Of a stretch of DNA of 36,140 bases, positions 31,091 through 36,140 are shown piece by piece. The translations under genes were made by a program, and so were the position numbers. Where the stretch lies: the NCBI GenBank assembly GCA_963788655.1, contig CAWBHS010000098.1, positions 1-36,140 of the forward strand, read 5' to 3'. The first letter of the stretch is position 1, and each line of letters opens with the position of its first letter. The DNA comes from an uncultured Verrucomicrobiae bacterium (GTDB taxonomy: Bacteria; Verrucomicrobiota; Verrucomicrobiia; Limisphaerales; JAFGQR01). Below the pieces are notes generated by a model that was not told where the DNA came from, searched no databases, and saw only the letters and a list, made by a program, of their open reading frames with translations.

Positions 31091-31144
31091 AGATTGCGTT
31101 CTGCTCCTTCCTTTTCGCGTCGTTCGCGTGCTTCGCGGTTGCCA

Positions 31145-32004
31145 TCAACCTTGGCTGGATTGTGCGGTCAGCCGACGCTCTCGCCACGTGCGCAAGCCGG
31201 CAATCATGAGACAGCTTAAAGCGGAGTACAGACCCCAGGTGGCGGGTTCGGGAACTGGAGTAAAGTCAACGTAAAATCATCAATGCCAACAAGTGTCACG
31301 GCTGCCAGGACCCGGTGGACTGATCAAGAGCAACAATGAGAAATTGGATGCCAGACGCTATGATCGGTTCCACGCGTAGGTCCGCAGAATTAAAGGAGAC
31401 ATCCGTTGAACTCCATGTTCACTGGATCAGTAAAAGTGCCAAGGCATTAATCCATACAAGTTCCCGTTTCATCATTCGGCAGATCAATAGATTCAACACG
31501 TAATTGTTACGATGAAGATTGTCGAACCGTCGCAAAATTGTGCCGACCAAACTGAGACTGAAACTTATCGAAGCCCTATGTTTTGAATCGGATCACGCAC
31601 GACCCAGGCAGCGCCAGGATCTCCAAAGCGAACCAGTCTGGCGAATTGCCCAAGGCACTTAGTCGCTCTGAAGCATGCTGCAAAGTGCCGTTGAGGTTGT
31701 TTCCGTCAAGCCGATCTGCTGAAGCCACGTTTCGAAATTCGCCAGCTCCGAACTCCCCATGTTGCGGAGTCGAACAGGAAACATCGAGTTCCCGTCCCGT
31801 CGAAGAGGCGGTCGACGTCATCACTGAACAGATGCACCGCTTCCGGAAGCCGCTCCCAATAGCCGTCGAAGATCTTGGTGCTGTACAGCTCACGGTCATA
31901 GAAATCAGCTGCCTCGCAATCAAATACAACAAGTCCATAGAAAAACACGCCAAGAACAACACCACACCCTTCCGCCCTGCCACTCTCACTTTTTCCTCGT
32001 TCAT
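31145..32004 (-). pseudogene. PEP-CTERM surface protein, fragmented by many indels
   Basis: The minus strand reads VPEPATWGLYSALSCLMIAGLRTWRERRLTAQSSQG* from 31255 to 31145. Upstream fragments in shifting frames read GIDDFTL, IVALDQSTG, GTFTDP, IRQTGS/GDPGAA and GEFRNVASAD. Signal-like N-terminus MNEEK..GVVLFLACF at 32004. Confidence 0.75.
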
Positions 32005-32237
32005 AGCGAGGTGGATTATTGGGGAACGAGGCAATCAATGTAAAGCGAAATTTTATCAAAATTTTGGTATGGATGATTGTCATTCTTTGCGCTAACCGTT
32101 AAGTGACATTCTCGATCCGTTCCCCTTCGTGTAAATTCGTGCAATTTGTGTCTCAGACCGAAAGAGACACGAATTTTGCGGATTGGCACGAAGGGGAATA
32201 GCCGAAAGCAAAAGACGCCCCCCTGGTTGTCGCTGTC

Positions 32238-32858
32238 TCAAGTCACCGTTTGCACAGCGGCGATGAGTGATTGTTTGACGGCGGCGGGGAGCGTCCTCAA
32301 TCCCGGTTCCTCGAAGTAACACAACGCTTGCAACGGCAGCATGACGTTGAACTGCGGGCCATAAACCTGTCGGGCATAGTCCAAACCCTGGTGCAACGAA
32401 ATTCCGGTTTGGAGAATGGCGTGGATATCCAAATAATCCTTGGCTTCAGCCCGCTGATAGACGGTGTTCAGCTTGGTGGCCAACAAATCAGCCAGCCCAG
32501 CCACCCGACACACTTCGTCATCAGTCCAGTCTGGCTCCGCGATCCGTTGAAAGGTCAGGCCTCCAAAAAAGGAGACCTTGACCAAATCAGCCCCGTCGCG
32601 CAGCAACACCGTTAAGGTGTTCGGTTCCAATTGCAGCACTTCGCCGGAGCCCAGCAGTTCATGGTTGCGCCGGAAAGCTGCCGGGTCCAGAGGCGCAAAC
32701 GAGAAAAAGTCAAAATCGACCGACGCCCGATGTCCCAAGCGCATGGCCAAGGCCGTGCCGCCATAAAGAATAAAGTCCGCCGCGGAAAAACGCAGTTTGG
32801 GCCAGAGCGTGCGTTGACCCGCTGGCAGAATATCAAGTCGCGGTTGAAATTGGCTCAT
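32238..32858 (-). CDS. AbiEii/AbiGii-type nucleotidyltransferase toxin
   Basis: LYGGTALAMRLGHRASVDFDFF, LATKL..RAEAKDYLDI. ATGA overlap with the upstream gene. Confidence 0.88.
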   Translation of the reverse strand: MSQFQPRLDILPAGQRTLWPKLRFSAADFILYGGTALAMRLGHRASVDFDFFSFAPLDPAAFRRNHELLGSGEVLQLEPNTLTVLLRDGADLVKVSFFGGLTFQRIAEPDWTDDEVCRVAGLADLLATKLNTVYQRAEAKDYLDIHAILQTGISLHQGLDYARQVYGPQFNVMLPLQALCYFEEPGLRTLPAAVKQSLIAAVQTVT

Positions 32859-33169
32859 GCGGGGAATCGATGCGGCAAGGGTGGGACTGGGAAGCGCCCC
32901 AGCCGAACATGCCAATAGTTCCAACGCCGCGCGCTAAACACCCCCGGCGGCGGCGCGTTGATAACCTCTTCGAAGATGGCTTCACCCAGTTTGCTTTTCA
33001 CGGTCATGATGTCCTCCCACGTGCCCAGACTCATGACCTGAGCGGCAAACCGATGCCGGTTAGTCAGGGCCTCTTCAGGCTTTTCCCACCAGAACAACCG
33101 CTGGGCGACGGGCAGCAAATCGGGGTCGCTCCGCAAATCAGATTTAGTGGTTGTTGCGGTTTGGTTCAT
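32855..33169 (-). CDS. Small partner protein (DUF6922-like), putative antitoxin
   Basis: RLFWW..AQVMSLGTWEDI..FSARRWNYW. Translationally coupled to the nucleotidyltransferase gene. Confidence 0.75.
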   Translation of the reverse strand: MNQTATTTKSDLRSDPDLLPVAQRLFWWEKPEEALTNRHRFAAQVMSLGTWEDIMTVKSKLGEAIFEEVINAPPPGVFSARRWNYWHVRLGRFPVPPLPHRFPA

Positions 33170-33509
33170 GCGTGATCGGCAATGAAAAGGGTAAAGACAG
33201 CCAGCTTAACGCACAAGGTTCAATTACCCAAAGCGAGACACTAATTTCACGGATTTTCACGAATTAATTGGCCCCAAGGAACGTAAAGGAATCAAAGCAA
33301 AACGCTAAAAAGCCGAAACGCTGAGCTGGAAATAAAGACTACAGGACCAAGGGTCCACGGACCAAGGAACGACAAGTCCAAGGAGCATGCGACCGCGCAA
33401 AGGGCTGTCGCGCAAAGGGCTAGACATGGGGGGGCGGGAGGCGCAATTCAGTAATGAGAAACGCCCTCGGCCATCCACAGTTGGCGTAACCATCGGTCCA
33501 GCGGAACCC

Positions 33510-33926
33510 TCAAGGTTGGGAGCGTGATGGATGAAAGGCGTAATACTCGACCGTACAGAAGCGGGCGTCGCGAATTGCAGGATCGGGCGTGATCAGCACC
33601 AAGTCCAACACGTGGGCCGTTGCGGCGATGGTTCGGTCAAAGGGATCACCGGGAAAACCGGCGGGCAACTCATTCGTCGCCACGGCCACGGTTGCGGTGA
33701 GATCCAGTAGTTCGATGTCGCGCGCCATTACCCGGTCAAAAAACTCGGTCAGGCTTCCCGCGAGTTGCAACCGACCCCGACGGTGGTGCATGGCCAATTC
33801 AAGCAGAGTGACGCCGCAGACACCCTTCACCTCATCGGTGTCCAGCAACCGGCGAACCCGCGCGGGAAACACCTGGGGCATCAGCGCACTGTTGGCCAGC
33901 GTGGCCGTGTCGAGCAGGTAACGCAT
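33510..33926 (-). CDS. vapC: PIN-domain VapC-type toxin
   Basis: MRYLLDT, LLELA, GDPFDRTIAATA, LITPD. TAATG overlap with the antitoxin gene. Confidence 0.88.
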   Translation of the reverse strand: MRYLLDTATLANSALMPQVFPARVRRLLDTDEVKGVCGVTLLELAMHHRRGRLQLAGSLTEFFDRVMARDIELLDLTATVAVATNELPAGFPGDPFDRTIAATAHVLDLVLITPDPAIRDARFCTVEYYAFHPSRSQP

Positions 33927-34141
33927 TAGTAATTGCCTTTCCATTCTGCACGCGGTACGGGATCGGGACCGAGGGGGGGGCCGGCCGCCAGGCTCCTGGC
34001 CGCACCGAAGCAACGCGTGGGCTTTTCGCATTGAAAGGTGAACTGCTTGCCTTGACGGTCCACCAACCGCACCGTTTTCCCGGCGGCGGCCAACCGTTTG
34101 AAGTGCGCCAAGCGCCTGGAAAATTCACGCATCGTAATCAT
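33926..34141 (-). CDS. Phd/YefM-like antitoxin
   Basis: ITMREFSRRLAHFKRLAAAGKTVRLV pattern directly upstream of the PIN toxin. Start at 34141 or 34162. Confidence 0.7.
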   Translation of the reverse strand: MITMREFSRRLAHFKRLAAAGKTVRLVDRQGKQFTFQCEKPTRCFGAARSLAAGPPLGPDPVPRAEWKGNY

Positions 34142-34146
34142 GTCAG

Positions 34147-34175
34147 ACTTTAAGGCTGCCATCCGGCCTCGTCAA
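34147..34175 (-). promoter_or_regulatory. Putative sigma70 promoter of the Phd-VapC pair
   Basis: TTGACG (34175-34170), 17 bp spacer, TAAAGT (34152-34147), then 5 nt to the ATG at 34141. Confidence 0.55.
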
Positions 34176-34178
34176 ACA

Positions 34179-34232
34179 TGCTGAAACGCTGAAACGCTGA
34201 AACGCTGAAAGGCTGAAAGGCTGAAAGTGAAA
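34179..34232. repeat. (NGCTGAAA)6 octamer array
   Basis: TGCTGAAA, CGCTGAAA x3, GGCTGAAA x2, GTGAAA. Confidence 0.9.
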
Positions 34233-34255
34233 TAGCCATTTAGTTCCGCGCTGGT

Positions 34256-34672
34256 TTATTGGGCGAACGGATTTAAGACTTGCGCACCAGTATTTTTAAA
34301 ACCGTCTTCGTCGCGACTGACCACCACGAGATTGTGGGCCATGGCCGTCGCGGCCAAGAGAGCATCGATTACGGGCACGGGTTGACCCAATCCCAAGCGG
34401 CCCCAACGGTCAGCCACCCGCTCGTCCACCGGCAGCAATCGGTCCGCAAAGTCGTCCGAAATCGAACGAAGCCACTTTTCCAAAGCGAGCGCCTGCGATG
34501 GGTCACGCAGCCGAATCCGCTCGATACCCTTTCGGATTTCGCCGAGCACGAGTACGCTCACGAACAGTTCTTCCGCGGCAACGTGGTCAAACCACTTCCG
34601 CACTCCCTCGTCGCAGCGGTTTTCCTTCCGAAGCTCGCTTAAGATATTGGTGTCGAGCAGAAATCCGCTCAT
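34256..34672 (-). CDS. vapC: PIN-domain VapC/FitB-type toxin
   Basis: FLLDTNILSELRK, SVLVLGEIRKG, IDALLAATA..VVSRD..F..TG..VLNPF. Confidence 0.92.
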   Translation of the reverse strand: MSGFLLDTNILSELRKENRCDEGVRKWFDHVAAEELFVSVLVLGEIRKGIERIRLRDPSQALALEKWLRSISDDFADRLLPVDERVADRWGRLGLGQPVPVIDALLAATAMAHNLVVVSRDEDGFKNTGAQVLNPFAQ

Positions 34673-34905
34673 AATTTAACGGATCGTTCGATTTGGGAAC
34701 CGCGCTCGAAATCGCTGTCGTCGCCGACATTGGGGATGGCGAGCAGGGCGTCCTTGAACGACCGCTTCTTCGCCGCCTTGCCGAGCAAAGCTTCGCGCAG
34801 GATTCGGCGGTGTTCCTCCTCCATCGAGACTCCATGCTGGCCGGCTTGCTGCTTAAGTTGCTTCACGACCTTTGCTTCGATTTGCCTGACAATCAGTTGG
34901 GGCAT
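34669..34905 (-). CDS. FitA-like ribbon-helix-helix antitoxin
   Basis: MPQLIVRQIE..LKQQAGQHGVSMEEEHRRILREAL. Overlaps the start of the PIN gene. Confidence 0.88.
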   Translation of the reverse strand: MPQLIVRQIEAKVVKQLKQQAGQHGVSMEEEHRRILREALLGKAAKKRSFKDALLAIPNVGDDSDFERGSQIERSVKL

Positions 34906-34924
34906 AACACATCGATCTTTATTC

Positions 34925-34941
34925 TGCTATCAATGATAGCA
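34925..34941. promoter_or_regulatory. Perfect palindrome TGCTATCA-N-TGATAGCA, probable antitoxin operator
   Basis: Perfect 8-bp arms about 20 bp upstream of the RHH antitoxin ATG. Confidence 0.7.
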
Positions 34942-34967
34942 CGGGAAGCTGGCGAAGACGAGCAAAA

Positions 34968-35103
34968 TGCTGAAACGCTGAAATACTGAAACGCTGAAAT
35001 TATCTGGCGAGCAGGGCGCGAAGGATCAAGTGTTGCAACAGCGTGGGCTTGATCGGGCCAACCGCGAGCAAAATGCTGAAACACTGAACCTTGAAATCTG
35101 AAA
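34968..35103. repeat. Octamer arrays: (NNCTGAAA)4 at 34968-34999 and a degenerate copy at 35074-35103
   Basis: Both begin with the same 18-bp direct repeat CGAGCAAAATGCTGAAAC (34959 and 35065). Confidence 0.8.
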
Positions 35104-35431
35104 TCATCTGGCAAGCAAGGCTCGGAGGATTAAGCGCTGGAGCAAGGTGGGCTTTACCGGACCAACACGCAAGGCACACTCGACGGCTTGCTTGAGGCCG
35201 GAAGCAAAGCGCTCCGGCCCCCAATCGGCAATGATGCGGCGACTGGCTTCGCCCATTTGGGCGAGCGTGGTCGAGGGGGAAGGTTGAGGTCGGAACGGGA
35301 ATCCGGCGGGGCGCCGGATTCAACAGGCGCGGCGCTTGTGCTACCCCCCTTGTCCATGGTTGAAATCTTGAGCATAAGCTGGGCGAGTTGTTGGACGGCA
35401 AATGGATTGAAGTCGAATCATCCACGGAACC

Positions 35432-35797
35432 TCAGTCATCCTGCTGATACACGCGGATGCGTCCTTTCTCGACAATCCAGAGTTTGCCGCTGATCGGATT
35501 CTGCTGCAGGCCTTTGACCAAGGTCTGAAGGGTCGGTAGCAGATCTTCCGACGAAGTCCTTTTGGGCAACCGCAAGACGGCAATTCCGGGATAATCGCTG
35601 GGACAATACTCCAGCGGATTGGCAAAATCTAAATCCAACGTTACCAGGGTGCGACCCTCGCGGCGGCAGGCTTCAATGAGCGCGGCATCCGACGCCGATT
35701 GCATCTGTTGCGATGGCACGGTGGCAACGTCGTGGCCGGCCCCAACCAACAGTGCCCGTCCGCGTTCGCCGAGGTTCTCATCCAGCTTGAATTTCAC
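35432..35797 (-). CDS. DUF5615 PIN-like toxin
   Basis: MKFKLDENL, GHDVATV, SDAALI..REGRTLVTLDLDF, GIAVLR. Confidence 0.88.
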   Translation of the reverse strand: MKFKLDENLGERGRALLVGAGHDVATVPSQQMQSASDAALIEACRREGRTLVTLDLDFANPLEYCPSDYPGIAVLRLPKRTSSEDLLPTLQTLVKGLQQNPISGKLWIVEKGRIRVYQQDD

Positions 35798-36051
35798 GCG
35801 TGGGCTTCCAAGGGGATATTCACATAACGCTCACGCGACATTTCCGAACCGTAGGCAATGCAGGCCAGGATGTCCGCCTCCTCCAGTCCGGGATAATCGG
35901 CCAGAATCTCCGCTGTGGACGCCCCGGCAGCGAGCAAGTCAAGGATGAGCGATACCCAGATGCGATGCCCGCGAATGCAGGGTTTGCCGCCGCACCGCTC
36001 CGGATCGATCCAGATGCGCTTCAATAGTAGTTTGCGAACCTCAGGTTTCAT
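35794..36051 (-). CDS. DUF433 antitoxin
   Basis: RIWIDPERCGGKPCIRGHRIWV..ILADYPGLEEADILACIAY. 4-nt overlap with the DUF5615 gene. Confidence 0.92.
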   Translation of the reverse strand: MKPEVRKLLLKRIWIDPERCGGKPCIRGHRIWVSLILDLLAAGASTAEILADYPGLEEADILACIAYGSEMSRERYVNIPLEAHA

Positions 36052-36100
36052 GCTGTCGCCAACCTACCAGAACCACTCCAACTTGTCTTGGGGAATCAAA

Positions 36101-36132
36101 TGCTGAAACGCTGAAATGCTGAAATGCTGAAA
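36101..36132. repeat. (NGCTGAAA)4 octamer array
   Basis: TGCTGAAA CGCTGAAA TGCTGAAA TGCTGAAA. Confidence 0.88.
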
Positions 36133-36140
36133 GGAGATTG

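Noticed and set aside
30927..31187. 86-aa ORF upstream of the glycosyltransferase
   Set aside because: It is mostly a translation of the 7-mer repeat mosaic and overlaps the PEP-CTERM tail.
31583..32095. 170-aa plus-strand ORF
   Set aside because: It is antisense to the fragmented PEP-CTERM gene and has no motif support.
33394..33421. 13-bp direct repeat CGCGCAAAGGGCT x2
   Set aside because: Only two copies and no cargo between them, so probably a local slippage duplication.
32100..36140. Integron or IS element as the explanation for the TA cluster
   Set aside because: No integrase, transposase or convincing attC (RYYYAAC...GTTRRRY hairpin) is visible in the window.

Overview
GC-rich bacterial DNA whose gene content and repeats point to Verrucomicrobiota, probably a Pedosphaera/Limisphaera-like lineage (inference, not a database result). 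Many ordinary genes are broken by small indels, which is most simply explained by long-read consensus error. From left to right: a GH78 rhamnosidase-like gene; a DUF6259-like glycoside hydrolase-type gene; an unusual secreted protein made of three tandem flagellar hook/rod (FlgE/FlgG D1-like) domains with no D0 helices and a verrucomicrobial-type C-terminal domain; a four-gene respiratory operon (CydA'-like membrane protein, Rieske protein, cytochrome b, and a CydA-like protein fused to a c-type heme); a TIM-barrel isomerase; a Na+/solute symporter; an M48 peptidase; a GH29 fucosidase; a 6 x 121-122 bp REP-doublet array; a metal ABC and outer-membrane uptake operon headed by a His-rich RAPP-motif leader ORF; three Gfo/Idh/MocA oxidoreductases and a UroD/MtaA-family gene; a GT4 glycosyltransferase carrying an in-frame repeat-derived insertion; a fragmented PEP-CTERM gene that the ORF track misses; and four consecutive toxin-antitoxin pairs punctuated by (NGCTGAAA)n octamer arrays, one of them bracketed by a 29-bp inverted repeat. 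At least six families of intergenic palindromic repeats are present.
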